A stretch of 64,000 bases of DNA from assembly GCF_006345805.1 (NCBI RefSeq), contig NC_043002.1, positions 63,798,001-63,862,000 of the forward strand. The letters run 5' to 3'. Positions 39,158 through 53,960 of the stretch are shown here, in pieces (within the stretch, counting starts at the first letter, position 1; each line of letters begins with the position of its first letter). Origin of the DNA: Octopus sinensis. Taxonomy: Eukaryota. The notes below the pieces were generated by a model. That model was not told where the DNA came from. It saw only the letters and a program-made list of their open reading frames with translations, and made no database searches. The position numbers were made by a program, and so were the translations under genes.

Positions 39158-40596
39158 TGTAATATATTATTACTACACAATACTATCTTCAAAGCAGCAT
39201 ACAATGAAATCGTGCTCTGCACTTCTATTAAAAAATCCACAGCATTTTATTTTGATGGATACTTATTCGCGTTTAGGTAACAATGTGCTTTGACAAACGG
39301 AAAATGCGATTGTGAATATGCTACACATAGTCGCATTATTGGAAATAATATCAACGTAATTCTTTGCCGAGACATCGTTTTGATCTTTCACAATGGTAAT
39401 TGTGTGTTGAGAATTTTATTGAATTTAAATGGCTAAGAACTAGAAGATTGTTGTGAACTTTTAGAAGTAGAAAATTATTGCACACGCTACAATATAGGAA
39501 TATTTTTCTGCACCATGAGGAGAAAGCAATTACACGATGGATACGCTATATATCGTAAAGTTATAAGACATATACAGAAATTCGTACGTTTTTTAGTTAT
39601 TAACCTACTGTTCTGTTAGAGAAAAAAATACGTATATGTAATTCCTATGATTAAACTCTACTAAGTAGTGACTATGTTGATCAGTACAAGAATATAATGA
39701 AAGTATCACTTGTAAAACCAGAGTTTCAGCTCTTAGAGCAAAGCTTAGAAACAATTCACTTTTCTTTTCCACATTTCTTTCCTGAATTGAATTATCATCT
39801 ACTGAATAGAATTCCTCGCTTGGCAGAGAATATATTAGGAAATGGCGACACTTTTAATGCCAGGCTCTTTTAGCTGAGATTTGTCAACGACAACCATCAT
39901 TCACAATTAATCATCAATGTACATGGCAAAGGATTAATGATTAGATTTCTCACTAATACAAAATTTTTGCTCTACATATATGAAAGAGATCAACGTGGCC
40001 TATACACCCAATGGTATAGCAACATTTACGATGCGTTTCCTTTAGCAAAAGATCTCGGTCAATATGTTCCGGCACATTCAGCCACTACAAGGCAGTTTTG
40101 ACTTCTCATTGAAAGTAGACGCAGAAGTTTTCTTATTTCGTTAAATTACTTTAAACAAGAATGTATCATATATTCATTCATATTGATCGTCCAACCGCAT
40201 TAAAGAAATTTATCGTATTTACAATTATCAGTTCAGTTAATTATCACGAGGTTTTAAATTTCCAGAAAAATTATCATCGAGATTATTTAAGTGATTCTCA
40301 GTTTCTTATGCCAAATGTAATTAATTATCTTCTATCAATTTTCTTATATAAGATTCCACTGGGCATCAAAACGTCAAATAAACTTACTTTAAGCTTATAA
40401 AACTGTTTATGCAAATATATTGGCCAACAGAAAAGTTTCAAGATTATCGTCATTACTGAAACAAATATGCAAAGCCTATTCAAATAAAAATTTTATTATA
40501 TGTAAAGGTCCGCACCATCCCTACAATAACGGGATGCACGCAAAGGAATCTAGGTAATTATGAATTTCTTGTACAATACATGTGGAAATGAAAACG

Positions 40597-41402
40597 GCAA
40601 GCTGGCAGAAACGTTAGCACGCCGGATGAAGAATTTAGCGGTATTTCGTCTGCCGTTATTTTCTGAGTTCAAATTCCGCCGAGCCCCACTTTGCCTTTCA
40701 TCCTTTCGGGGTCGATTAATTAAGTTGCAGTTATGCACTGGAGTCGATGTAATCGACTTAATCTTTTTGTCTGTCCTTGTTTGACCCATCTAAGTTTATC
40801 CCCTTGTAGTCAAAAAAGAAATAACTTTAGCAGGCCGGGAGAAATACTTAGCGGTATTTTGTCTGTCGTTATATTCTGAATGCGATTTCCGCCGAGGTCG
40901 ACATTACGTTTCATCCTTTCGGGATCGATAAATTAAGAAACAGTTGCGTACTGGGGTTGATGTAATCGACTAGTCCCCTCCCCTAAAATTTCGGGCCTTG
41001 TGCCTACAGTAGAAAAGAAACGTTAGCACGCCGGGTGAAATGCTTAGCGGTATTTCGTCTGTCGTTACATTCTGAGTTCAAATTCCGCCGAGGTCGACTT
41101 TGCCCTTCATCCTTTCGGGGTCGATTAAATAAGTACCAGTTACGCACTGGGTCGATATAATCGACTTAATCCGTTTGTCTTTCCTTGTTTGTCTTCTCTG
41201 TGTTTAGCCTTTTGTGGGTAGTAAAGAAATAGGTATTTCATCTGTCGTTGCATTCTGAGTTCATTTTCCGCCGAGGTCGACTTTGCCTTTCATCCTTTCG
41301 GGGTCGATAAATTAAGTACCAACTTCGTACTAGTGTCCATCTAATGGACTAGACTTCCACCTCCTCGAAACTTTTGGACCTTGTGTCTAGAGTAGAAAAG
41401 AA
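40597..41402 (+). mobile_element. Tandem cluster of SINE family B (tRNA head plus gcctttcatcctttcggggtcgat core), four core copies
   Basis: The core ttctgagttcaaattccgccgaggtcgac...tttcatcctttcggggtcgat recurs near 40660, 40875, 41065 and 41255. Confidence 0.85.
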
Positions 41403-42170
41403 TACGTGTGGAATTGAAATTAACTAAATTACAGAAACAACAGCGAAACTTACTATAGGTATTTATATGTGTGTTAAGACGGGATACTTGAAAGTTCTGT
41501 CAAATTCACTTCAAAGCCTTTTTGATAATATATTTGAGCACTGATGACATGTCTTCCAGTTTTTTACACATAATAACAAATCACAATCAATAAAGTTTTC
41601 TATGCATATATGACGGTAGAATCACGTGTACGTTTAGTAAGACCACGTGATACAAGAATCTTCAAGTAGTAATATGAAAGATCAATGGCAAATATATGAT
41701 AATTCAGCATTGATGTAGAAAGCATTAACAGATAGTTTTAAATCATCTTAATATAACAAGCCATTTTTGAGACGATCTCTGTTATGTTCAAAAGAATCAT
41801 AGAAAGAAAATGTTATTTATGATTTCAGTTTATTGATTTAATATATCTTATTTTTATTGAAGAGGAAGTTCGTGAACTGACAAATTTGGTAGCACGTCGA
41901 AAAACTGTTTCGCGGTATTTCCTTTACCTCATTGTGCTACGTGCTGCACTCAAACCACACGGATATCAACTCTGCCTTTGATGTGTGCCAGTCACAATAA
42001 CGTACTAATCAAGTACCGGGGGACGATGTGATCGATTAACCCGCTCGAACGCTGACTTTGCGACAACATTTAACAATTAATTTTTATTGAATGTATAAAA
42101 ATATTGTATTGAATATCGAATATATTTGAAATGGAAGCAATAATTACGAAATTAAAAATATATAAAATAA

Positions 42171-42380
42171 TTTTCTACACTAGGCACACGGCCCGAAACT
42201 TTTCGGGAGGGGCCATTCGATTAGATCAAACCCAGTATGCAACTGGTACTTAATTTATCGGACCCGAAATGATTAAATGCAAAGTTGACCTCTGGGAATT
42301 TGTAACTCAGAACGTAGACAGACGAAACACTGCTAAGTATTTCGCCCGGCATGCTAACTTTTCTACCAACTCGCCGCCTT
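42171..42380 (-). mobile_element. SINE family B
   Basis: Reverse complement of the family B head and tail. Confidence 0.75.
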
Positions 42381-42851
42381 TCAGAATAAATAATATAAAC
42401 GGATATCTATCGAGTTCCAACCATGTCCATTCTGATTTCTCGATCATTTGAACCAATTAGAATTAACATACAACTGGCCCAATACACATGAGGCACGAGT
42501 AAATTCTATTAAATACCAGGCAGACACACGATAAATTTTATGAACTTTCACAAAGTCTCTGTCCCTCTAACTTCATTCAAACAGTTAGAATCAATGTAAT
42601 CTTCAGCAAGAACACTTGCCTAAGATTGCTCGCATAGGTCTTCAACTGGGAACCTCAATGTTCCAAAGGGATACCTTTTACCATCCGTACAACACCAACT
42701 CTGATAAAAGAAAAATATGACATAATTATTTATCGACAGTTAAGGGAATGGCAATTTTTTCTAAAGCGTAATTGAAATTTTCCGAAATTCTAGCAACAAC
42801 TTCTAAAGTGACCGGAATGCAAGTCGAAATAAGACATATCCATTAATAGTA

Positions 42852-44007
42852 GGTTGTGTCGAAAATAATGGCCGCTCTAAGTGTTGTGCTTTGGAACGCA
42901 AATTTCGTGAATTTCGACATACTTAATTCATCTATGCCCTTTAATAATTTTCTACTTATTTCAGAGACAAAACATTATTGAAGCATATGCGCCTTTTATT
43001 ATGAATATGACAAAAATGACCTCCGCTTACTTTTCTTGCATGAGTTCAAGCTTGGGCACAATTCCTCCCAAACTGCTGCCAATATCAACAGAGCAAGGGG
43101 AGCGTAGATGCAAGTGATCGCACAGTACGAAGGTGGTTTCAGAATTTCCATAGTGTTGAAGAGAGCCTTGAAGATGAAGAAGGCAGAGGACGGTCATAAA
43201 AGCAATTGTTGAAGAAAACCCACGTCAAATTGCCAGAGACATGTCTCAGGCACTTTGTGCCTGTATTACAACAGTCTCATACAATCTTCAGAAAATTAGT
43301 AAGTTGAAAAAGCTCGATAAATGGGTACCGCATGAGCTCAAGGAAAACTGGATACTTTATGATAACCGTAAACGATCATGTCGATGGCTTGATAATGGTG
43401 AGTAACCCAAACATTTCCCAAAGGCAAAGTTGCATCATCAAAAGATTATGCCGACTATCTGGTGCTCTGCAACTGGCAATTTGTGTTCTCCATTACGGCT
43501 TTCTGGAAGGTAATCAGAACATTATAGCAGAGGTTTACTGCAATCAACTCGCTGAAATGCATGCTCACTTAACAAACAATGAGATCTGCATTGGTGAATC
43601 GGTGTGGCCCAAATCTGATCCACTATAATGCAAAGTCACATGCTGCAAGAATGACGCTGCAGAAAGTCACAGATTGGGATACGAGACATTACCACATCCT
43701 CCATCTGATCTCTCCATCCTCCTTCTCTTGATCTGTCACCCACTGAGCACCATTTTTGTAAGCATTTAAACACGTTTTTAAGTGATAAAATTTCAGGTCC
43801 AAACCTGAGGGAGAATCAGCTTTCAAAGATTCCTTAGCATGAAAGACAATAAGTTTTCATCAACGTGGCATAACTAATCTCGTTGATCAATGGCAATGAT
43901 GCATAGATGTTCATGGCTGATAATTCGACTAATCAAAACAGTTCTATTGTTAATTTTTTTCGAATAAAATTATTTTTCTGAAACCGGCAATTATTTTCAG
44001 AACAACA
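42852..44007 (+). mobile_element. Mariner transposon, degenerate transposase, TIRs and TA TSD
   Basis: TA|GGTTGTGTCGAAAATAATGGCCG versus CCGGCAATTATTTTCAGAACAACA|TA. Translation gives HEFKLGHN..RTVRRWFQNF..SLEDEEGRGR, KWVPHEL and HPP..PDL motifs with stops. Confidence 0.85.
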
Positions 44008-44039
44008 TAATAACATAAGAGAGTAAATCAAAACTTATA

Positions 44040-45030
44040 CGCATTCTTGCCCCTCTAATGTATTAAAATAAAAGCAGGATATCAATAATTAGATCCCTTT
44101 TCTATGCACTTCGTGGCGCTTCTGTCAGCGGCGGCCCAAAGCAGTGCGAATTCCATCGACACAGAAGGTTCTCGGTTGATCGGGCAGCAAATTATGTACT
44201 GCATCCTGCACTTCTTCATCCGTAGCAAATCCACCAGTTCGTATACATTTGAGTGATCCAAACAGATGATAGTAGTAGGGAGTGAGGTCTGGGCTGTATA
44301 CAGGGTAGTCTAGCAACCATAATCTCGATATTTCAATGGCTTCAAGAATGCTGGCAGCCTTCTGTTGTCGTGCGTTCTTGTGCAGCACTAACAGTTCATT
44401 TGATAATAGAGATCGGCATTTGGTACGAATTGTTGGTTCGGGTTTTTGCTCTGCATTTCATTGTAGCGTTCACTTGTCAACGGGAGACCTTTTTCCTGGT
44501 TCTTTTGCACTTCCCAGATCTGTTATCATCACTTTTTCTATGGAAGTTTGAGTTTTGAATATATTTTTGCTGGCAATTGCATGCATTACCATAGTACGTG
44601 ATGGTACTTATATGCTTCGAGAAATTCTTTTGGCATACATCTCATACAGACTTCACGAAAGCGAAACTTGCTGTGCATGATTTCCTATAGCAGAATCATT
44701 ACTCATTTCCAAAGAATATGCCACCTGAACGATGACCAGTTGTTTTGAGAGGAGCATCTCTCGAGTTTGGTGTATCTTCCTTACGTTGGTGGAAGTTGAA
44801 GGGCGTCCCACTCCCTCTTCGTTCTTCTACATGGTAGAGCGATGTCTCTGTATTGCATAGAAAGCCTGTTATGAATTTCAGCCCTGAGAGATGTGATCAG
44901 TGACGTCTTTACTTCCTTGGTGCACACATCCAGCGGAATGACCACGTTTAGTTTCCAACACAAAACAGAAACCTGGGACAATAAATGTCAAACGTAGGTT
45001 AGGAAACTAGAATACCACCTTTTAGCACGC
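44040..45030 (-). pseudogene. Second degenerate mariner transposase
   Basis: MLHKNARQ...YSPDLTP.YYHLFGSLK (44125-44388) and the N-terminal AEIHNRLSMQY (44781-44981). Confidence 0.75.
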
Positions 45031-46006
45031 GAACGTGAAGGCCGTATGACTTGCCTTAAAAGAGTTTTAGCGAAAGCTCAGTTATTGTTTTACTCGCCTC
45101 TCTAAATGCACAATCATTAAATGATTAACTCGCATCAAGAATTTCGCCTGTAATATATGATCTTCATTTATTTCCGAAAGTTTCAAAACAGGAAAAAGAA
45201 GCCAGAATCGAAACTATCACGAACTGAATAAAGATCTGGGAAGTTTATGGTAATATTCCTGCAAACACGAAGTAAACGTACTGTCAGAGCAACATTACAC
45301 AAACACACACACACACGCGCACACACATACACACACACATACACACACATACACACATACACACACACACTCACACACACACACACATACATACGTACAT
45401 ATATGCACCCCGTTGTCACTAATCTAGTAAATTAATAACAAGCTACAGTATAATGCATTACTCTATTTTTATTACTAAAATTGATTAATATTTATTATGT
45501 TTCAAGTAAAGAGTTTTCTGTATTTATTTTCTTTTTCATCAATCAATACATGTAGTAAAACTCTGTACATTCCATTAAATTTTAAGAAAACTAAAAAAAA
45601 ATGCTGAAGAAATAATATCTCTTTCGAGATGTCAATTATACCGTATATATTATATAAAGAATGTAGTGTGCAAGGCTATCACTCGTTATGTGTCTAACAA
45701 GCCGATCAATACTTTGCAGTATCTCTACTATGCAAAGTGAGAAAAGAATCTTGATGCTACACAGGCTAAAATAAATATCAAAATGTAATTAAATTACCCG
45801 AAAAGACTTGGATTTGAAATATATAAAAATGAGGGGCTTTGAACGGAGAAAGAACTCAGTACATGTGTAGAATCTTATATTAGCTGGAAAATTACTGATG
45901 TAAGGTTATGTGTATGTGTGTGTAAGTGGGGGGTGGTGTGTTATATGAGTGTAGTGGTGTCCTATCGCTGGGAAATTACTGATACAGAGTGAAAATAATA
46001 CAATAT

Positions 46007-46360
46007 TGAAGGCAGCAGCTGGTAGAATTGTTCGGACACTGAGTAAAGAGCTTAGCATTCCTTTTTACGTTCTGAGTTCAAATAACTCCGTCAATTTTTT
46101 CTATCATCATTTTGGGATGGATAAAACGATTACCAGTGCTGGGGTCGAATTAATCGACTTGGTCCCGTCTCCAAAACTGCTGGCCTTGTACCGAAATTTG
46201 AAACCAATATAATAGTACTGAATTAGTTGTATTCTGCAAGCTGGCTGAACAATTCAAACACCAGACAAAATGCTTAGCGCTATTTCGTCCATCTTTGCGT
46301 TTTGAGTTCAAATTCCGCCGAAGTTGGCTTTGCATTTCATCCTGCAGGGTCAATTAAATA
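46007..46360 (+). mobile_element. Two diverged SINE family B copies
   Basis: ttctgagttcaaat and ctggggtcgaattaatcgact motifs, with a second head at about 46238. Confidence 0.65.
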
Positions 46361-47205
46361 AGAACCATTTAAACACTTCCTGTCCTCAAAGTACTGGGTT
46401 TGAAATCAATATTATTCACCATTAATTGAACCCGGAAGTGTGTCAGACCAGCTTGAAAGCTTAGGTAAATGAAAACTAATGATACAAACTGAAAAGAGAA
46501 AATATGAAATAACGACGGATCTCAGACTGGGAAGGTAAGGAAAAGTCTCTAACCAAAACTGCAGTGTTTTTTAGTAATGTGTTGGTAATATAATTAATTT
46601 GATGGATACTTTCTCCGACATAACAACACCTCATTTGCATATATAATTAGTATGATATTTGATGGTTAATGAGGAAAAATTTAAACACTTCTGGGAATGG
46701 AGCTTTCTTAGTTAATCTCTATAGAAGAAATGTGCACTGGAGTGGGAATATAACACGCGCCGTAGTGTGTTGTGTATCCCTTGATTTATAGAATGGTAAT
46801 ACATATCATTTGCCCCTACACAGACAGTATAAAGTACATCCTATTCCATTCCCACATTATCTCACATTTCTCTGTGACTACATGACAGCACACCCATACA
46901 GCTTTATATGGAAAACATGCGAGTTAGGTATTTGTAAGGCAGCTTTGCTCTCTTACCGAATTTGAAAACGGGAAAAGTATTTGTGCGTTTTCTAAGTTTG
47001 TATCTTGCATTCTTGCTTTCTTTGTGTTTTGCAGGTTTGTAGTTTTTTATTTCGGAAGCCAGTAGAGTTGGTCTTATCCTAATAATAAAGAAGTCTGTGA
47101 CAAAAAAATAATTCAGAGATTTTGTTGTGAATTTTAACTTGAGAAGAAACCTCTTTGGGTCATGATGCATTACATCTGAGATTCAAAATGTATTTACGCA
47201 TTATA

Positions 47206-47223
47206 TAGACAGATAGATAGATG

Positions 47224-47317
<94 letters not shown>

Positions 47318-47375
47318 AAGAGAGATAGATAGATAGATAGATAGAAAGAGAGAGAGACAGAGAGACAGAGAGAGA
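47206..47375. repeat. (AGAT)n microsatellite
   Basis: Direct reading of the sequence. Confidence 0.95.
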
Positions 47376-49541
47376 TGTAGATATACACATGGATGGATAA
47401 GATTACGGCATAACGTGTTTTGCTGTCAACTTATTACATTACAGTGGCATCATAAACGAAGTCGGTGTATTTTCGGAAAGAATTCTTAGGTTATGGAAAC
47501 ATGAGGTTAGTTTAGAAAACTGTAGTTAATTCTTTTGACTATTGCTTATATATACATTGTGTAATTTTGAGAAAATGTTGGATAAATTCTTTTTAAATTA
47601 TTATTAACCAACATTACTATTAGTTTTAGTTAGGATTGAATGTAATGATAACTTTTTGGCAGATTCAGTTTACGATATCATATATGAGTATTGTTACGTA
47701 TAACATCCGTTTTAAACATAATTTTGGTCCTCTACGTATCGACTACAAACTATCTTTGGGCACTGAACAGCAATTAAGGAAAAAAGTATTTGCTTCCATT
47801 ACTTTCTACACAATCCGCTGCATTTTTTATATAAAGGATATTATCTCACGTTTTGTTTGGTGTAGTCAAACTTTTGCGTATATATGTTTTACTCAAAATA
47901 TTAGGTTAAACATATTTTCTATAATTAAACTTACTATTTTATATAGGTCCAAATTATAAACGTTATATGTTACTCCTTTGGCTTGCATCTATTTCGCTTT
48001 AATTATGTTTTCACTTCTGAAGAATTTTAGTGAATATTTCCGTTACGATGAGGGTGTTTTAGTTTTATGATATTTAATTTTCATTTATATGAAAATATTC
48101 GGTTCAATATTTTTTTTCTTTAATTAAGGGCTACATTTTGTAGATAGTGGTTTGCATTCCTTTATTACCATGTGTTCCTTTAAGATGTCTGAGACCTAAT
48201 AGTTAACGCTGCATGTTAGTTTACATTTAGTAAACACGTAATGTTGTTAGGAAGTAATGTCTATTGGTTTATGTTATGTAATTAATATATACCATTGCAG
48301 TTCTAACTTGGCTATTCGTTAGTTATTATTTTACTTTTGATGAATTACAGCGTGTGTTCTCGACCACATTCAGTAACTTCTTTTCATACGTTTAGTTCAT
48401 TGCGTTTTATGTTTTATCACTTTTAAGATCTAAAGTTCTTGCATTAGAAATGTGTTGGTGACATTCCTCTACTTTTATATATTGCTTTTGAATTTCTATG
48501 CTTTATAGCTACAGATATGTAACGAATTACTTTTTGAAATTTGATGTCAGAATTTGCGGTTTGTAACAGTAGGCGAGCTTTGACATAACTGACATATTGC
48601 GCAAATGCCTATCTTCCGAGTTATTTATACGAATTCCCACGGAGAGTTTATGTTTTAAAGTGTGATGACGCACTCAGATTGAAAGGGGCTAAGCAGCGTC
48701 AAGATCGTAATGATATACGTTAGGCAACTGATGATGTTATATAAACTTTCGATGTGTTTTTTTTTAATACGAACTTTTTATATCTTTGTCTATTGTAGTT
48801 CTATGTCAAACATCAATGTAATTGTAGTTCTGTTAATATTTAATATTTTTATAGGGATCTTGGTGATGTGTTCAACCTGATTTCTTGTCCGTAACATATC
48901 TCGTAGTTTATGCTTCACTGGGACCTTTAATTTGGATCAGATTAATAATTGTTTATAAATCTGAAGTATATGAACATTAAGTCGTGCATATACGTATATG
49001 CGTACCTATGTATGTATATTCATATATGTATTTGCATATTTATGAATATAAATATATATTTGCTGTAACAGCTTACTGGGGCTCCAAGGTTGTATCCAAG
49101 GCGGTAGTTATGGAGCTATTGCAGATTTCTGAAGTAGCAGATGTATAAGAGTTAAACAAGTCGTCAAACATTATGGCAAGGGAAATATCTGAGTTCATAT
49201 ACAGTATGATTATATGAAGAAATTCAAATATCCCCATGTATGGGATATTCTGTCATCAGAGACAAATAGGGGAAACATATGGAAAATGAAAATAGTATAT
49301 ATCAAGAATCAAGTGCTGTTCAGCGCTAAATTCGAAATCATGGTACCAATTTAACTGACATTCTTTTTGCAAATTTGCAGAGGTGAGTTCCAATCCTTAT
49401 TCACTAACATTTTTTTCCACTATGCCTGTAAAAATTTAGTGATAATTCTTGGAGGTTCGGAGTTTTATGATTCCTATTTTTTGCAAAGTTGATGCCACTT
49501 GGCAGTCTAATTGTACAGATCGCTATCCACTACAAATTCTT

Positions 49542-49605
<64 letters not shown>

Positions 49606-49620
49606 AAAAGAGGGAGACAT

Positions 49621-49651
<31 letters not shown>

Positions 49652-50421
49652 GGCAGACAGAACTTTTTGTATATAATTTATAAATAACCTTGTGAAATTC
49701 AGTTTCGTAAAGATTTTGTTGCAACAGTCTTGGAGTAAGGAGGTCATGTCATTGAAGTGTTTGTGACAAAAGGACTCTGAGCTAGCAGATACATTCATTT
49801 GATTATATAACTAATTCAATTATTAATTAGTTGGTTAATTGTAAGGAAAGAATTGATAGCGTCTCGGTGTCTGCGTTTATAATTAATATGATAATGCTCT
49901 TTAGATACAACGAAATATGATTATAACATCCGGCAGTTTAATCAAGGCGTAATCAGTTCTTTGATCAACCGCAAGTTCTAACATTTGAATCAACGTGAGA
50001 TGTACCTGAATATTTTACAGACGATTGAAAATCTAAAGTATCTTCATGGAGATCGCATAAATGAAAACTGCAAGAAAAAAACAAATTCTTTGAGATGCCA
50101 GGGAAAACAATCCGATTAAGTAATAAAAACTTCTTTTTTATACCGATTTCATCCAAGTGGTTTGGTCGATATAAAACCGTTGGTAAAACGTTTCTTCTCA
50201 TAATATCACACAGTCGCATCGAAACCAAAAACTACGTGATTGAATACCAAGCATCTTCAGCGCTTTCTTAAGTGTGTACCCATATGTATGTTTGTTTCCG
50301 ATGTGAATGTATATTGCAAGGCACACAATGATATGTGCACTTGTGTATACATATATGAATAAAGTATTGCCTATGCACACAAATGTAGATATGACTATAT
50401 ATATATATATATATATATGTA

Positions 50422-50469
<48 letters not shown>

Positions 50470-50975
50470 ATATGTGTGAATGTGTGTGTCATAAAGTTAT
50501 GAGTGAATGCGCATGTTCAAATTCACTTGTTTAAAGTGTTGCTGTTACTTAGTTTCACTATTTATTTATATGTTATCACATATTGTAATATACTTAATTG
50601 ATTGTTTACAACATATTCTTTTTGACTTTAAAATATCCAAGTTTATTTTGCATTTACTATTCATATTATATGGTACGGTTATTATTTTCAAATCTTTTAC
50701 ATAAAATACGCCGCTCCCACTTTATATAAAGAAGTAACAACATGTTATTATGGTTTTCAAAAAATTAAAATAAAAGTTTCTAATTCTTTGCATTCATAAA
50801 TACTTTATATTATTTTCCTACGATATATATTTTGATTTTATTTTGTGCATCTTGTTGAAGATAAAAGAAATGAGAGCTAATGCTATGCTAATGTTATACA
50901 GTAAGATGAAACTAATACGTTGATAAAATTTAAATCATACGTACGCTGTAAACGATTCCTTTTATGTTTATGCAG

Positions 50976-50986
50976 TAATAACAATA

Positions 50987-51072
<86 letters not shown>

Positions 51073-51150
51073 AATGATGATGATCATGATATTAATAATA
51101 ATAATGATAATAGTAATAATAACAATATCAATAATAGTATTGTTGATAAT
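50976..51150. repeat. (GAT)n/(AAT)n microsatellite
   Basis: Direct reading. It is the source of the poly-D and poly-M pseudo-ORFs. Confidence 0.95.
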
Positions 51151-51299
51151 GAGGAGGATGTTGATGATTTTGATTTATTTATTTGCCACCCGGACTCTCA
51201 TAAAAGACAACCAGTACAAAATATATGACACAAGTAATGAAGATTTTACATAAAAAGTTAAGAAGATGGATAATAAAACAGCAGGTGGTAAAAATCAAA

Positions 51300-53960
51300 T
51301 TGTAACAAAGGTAATGTCTTTTTTGTTTGTTTTTGGAGTAGCCTTGGTGAAATCAAGTAGAAAAATTACATAAATCCGGTCACTCAGACCGACAAGTGCA
51401 CGCGACATGTTATGATCCTCATATACATGCGTGAATGAGATCTGTGTCCTATTCTCATCTCTCAGCCAGCTTTCAGTAAATTAAGAATGGGCGGAATATT
51501 TGGTTGCAATAGTTTCATATAATTTTTCCTAATAACCTTATTCTAGTTTCTTCAGAAACCATGCAGTGGGAGACATAATGATAAACTGAGGATCAGATTT
51601 ACAGCAGGTAAGTTCAGAAGGGATTAGCAACGGCTAGAAGTAGGTATTGCAGCTGGAAGCACTATATAAGTCATCTTATTTTGGCTAGCCATGGAGATGT
51701 TACTAAGGTCAACAAACTGAGAAAGCTGTTAGAAAGACACCCTTAAGGGTTTCTATGGACGACATTAATGTATTGTCACAAAAAAGCGAAGCAGCAGATG
51801 GAACGTTAGCTCGGTTGGATGAACTAATATGATGGGCGGAAAGTAAATTCAAAACCAAGAAATCTCTAATGTGGCATTCGTGAAAGGAGTCCAAAAGATG
51901 TTTTCAAGATATGAGGCGAAGACGACAACGGTGAAAGGACAACCAGTAAAATCAGATTGCATTGAGATTTATTAAATGATAAGAAGCAAAGCAAAGAAAC
52001 AGACGAATTATTGGAACAGGGACTGAAGGCAGTCGACAGCAGAACATTACCAGGTTAATTCAAATTCTCGATACTGCAACTTGGTCTGAAAACAAGCATA
52101 ATGTAGCCATTTCAAATGTACGAAATAGCCTCGACAAGAGTAGAAAGGATGGAACAAAGATGCAGTGTATTTATCAGAAAATGACTTGGTCTGCCAAGTC
52201 AGCAGAATACCACTACACTAAATGGTAACACCTGTGCTGCAACTACCGATGACATCAATTGTCGTAGAATATACGGCAGGAAAGGTGATGACATTAATAA
52301 CGCTAAGGTATTCGAAAGACCAGAACATTCGAGAAAATCCCCCAAGGATATAAACAGGGAGGAAACGGAAAGCGAAGGAAACAGTAAACAGTGCGATCAG
52401 AAAACTAAGGCAAGGTGATATAGTTGGAGCGATGCATGAAGCAAGAGCCGGTCTAGGCTTGAAAAATTTCAAACCATTTTGCATGAACAGCGTAAAAGAA
52501 ACGAAGGCGGCAGTAGTACACGAAGTGAGAAAGGAGGAAAAAGAAAGGCGAAATGTACATTTGGTGCAATATATTATAAAGGGACAGTGCCTGAATTGGG
52601 AGGAATATGTCGTTAGTCTCAGAATTTCATGGGAGGAACTTTGGGCTTGGGAACAAGCAAAAACAACCTTCCGGATCAAGTCCATCTTCGAAGTTTTGTG
52701 TACAAGGGCAAATTTACTCCGACGGATCCTACAAACGACTGATGAATGTAGATTCGGAGAGAAAGCGACGGTGAAATATGCTCTGTCAACTTCAGGCTAG
52801 CATTTGACTACAATCAAGTACTCGGTGTCATAAGCGCAGTACTCAAGGAGAAGATCAAGGGATATAATATTGGTGAGTACCCAAAAGTGGAAAAACGCTG
52901 AAGTATATTATTCCAGACGGAGGGAAAAGAACGTAGGGTCAGGCCTTCAGAAAAAGTATACCTGACAAACGAAAGATGGAAGGGATACTGATAGCTGGCC
53001 CCGGATTTGGAAAGATTATTAATATATCCGCCCATAAAAACAATACTTAATCCTATGGAATATAGACCGAAAAATTGGAATTTTGCTAGAGGTGACAGTG
53101 CCGTGGAAAGAGAACACATCTAATGCGGCGCAACGGAAGCAGATGAGGTATGCGAAATTAATCGAAGAGATCGGGGTACTGGGGTGGACTGTCGAGTAAT
53201 ACCAACTGACAGTGAGGGGTAGAAGTTTCATCGAAAGGAAAATGGCGATGTTATTTAAAAGATTTGCATTTCCAAACACAGAATTCACAAAAGTAATAAG
53301 GAGAATACAGGAGGCAGTCGACAACGCTAGCTTCTATATATGGCTGAAACGGGTATGCATGAAATGGCTGGAAAGCCATAATATGCCGACTGGGAAATAT
53401 CGTCACCAGGTGAGGCTGCCTGGTACTTACATAATGTTGCTGAGTGACAGGTGGGCCGAGGGAACCCTCTCGATTATTGTGCGCCCACTTCCCCGATAGT
53501 TGGAAAGCTTGAACCACGAGGCAGCTAGTCGACTCAGGCTGCTGGAGGTGAAAATCACACGACTCTGTTGGAAGGCCTAGAGAGAGTGCGAGCCAAACCT
53601 ACGTGCTCTTCCCCTTCAATGGTCAGTAGACAGCGCCGCGTGACAGTTTATCGACGGAAGCTGTTTAAGCTTATATTGTGCCACCTGACAGTTAGCTGTC
53701 GCTGGCTGTTTGAGCGGATTTAAAGGAAAATTTGACTGGGTGGTTATTCACCCTCTGGCATTCATTGACGCTGCATTAGAAGAACAAAAAAAAAGCACTC
53801 TATACCAAAGCTGAAAACAGAAAGCGGGGCCCTACCATGTCATAAAACAGAAGAAGGCTGAAACCGGACGTGGCTCCTCATGATGACGCCCTTAGCTTCT
53901 GAATCCTATAAAGGACCTGTTGAGTTAGTGACAACGAAACGTGGTTGGAATTCATCCTGT
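51300..53960 (+). mobile_element. HERO-like (RLE-type) non-LTR retrotransposon remnant
   Basis: QRLEVGIAAGST..ILFWLAMEMLL and SMDDINVL (RT), ISWEELW..IKSIFEVL..ANL, and RLE LEVTVPWKEN...RKQMRYAKL..LGW. Many stops and frameshifts. The 3' boundary is approximate. Confidence 0.75.

Noticed and set aside
48661-48733. C/D box snoRNA (GTGATGA ... CTGA)
   Set aside because: There is no terminal stem, no clear D' box and no recognisable rRNA guide, so it is compatible with chance.
50920-51253. Poly-Asp or poly-Met protein
   Set aside because: It is the translation of a (GAT)n microsatellite.
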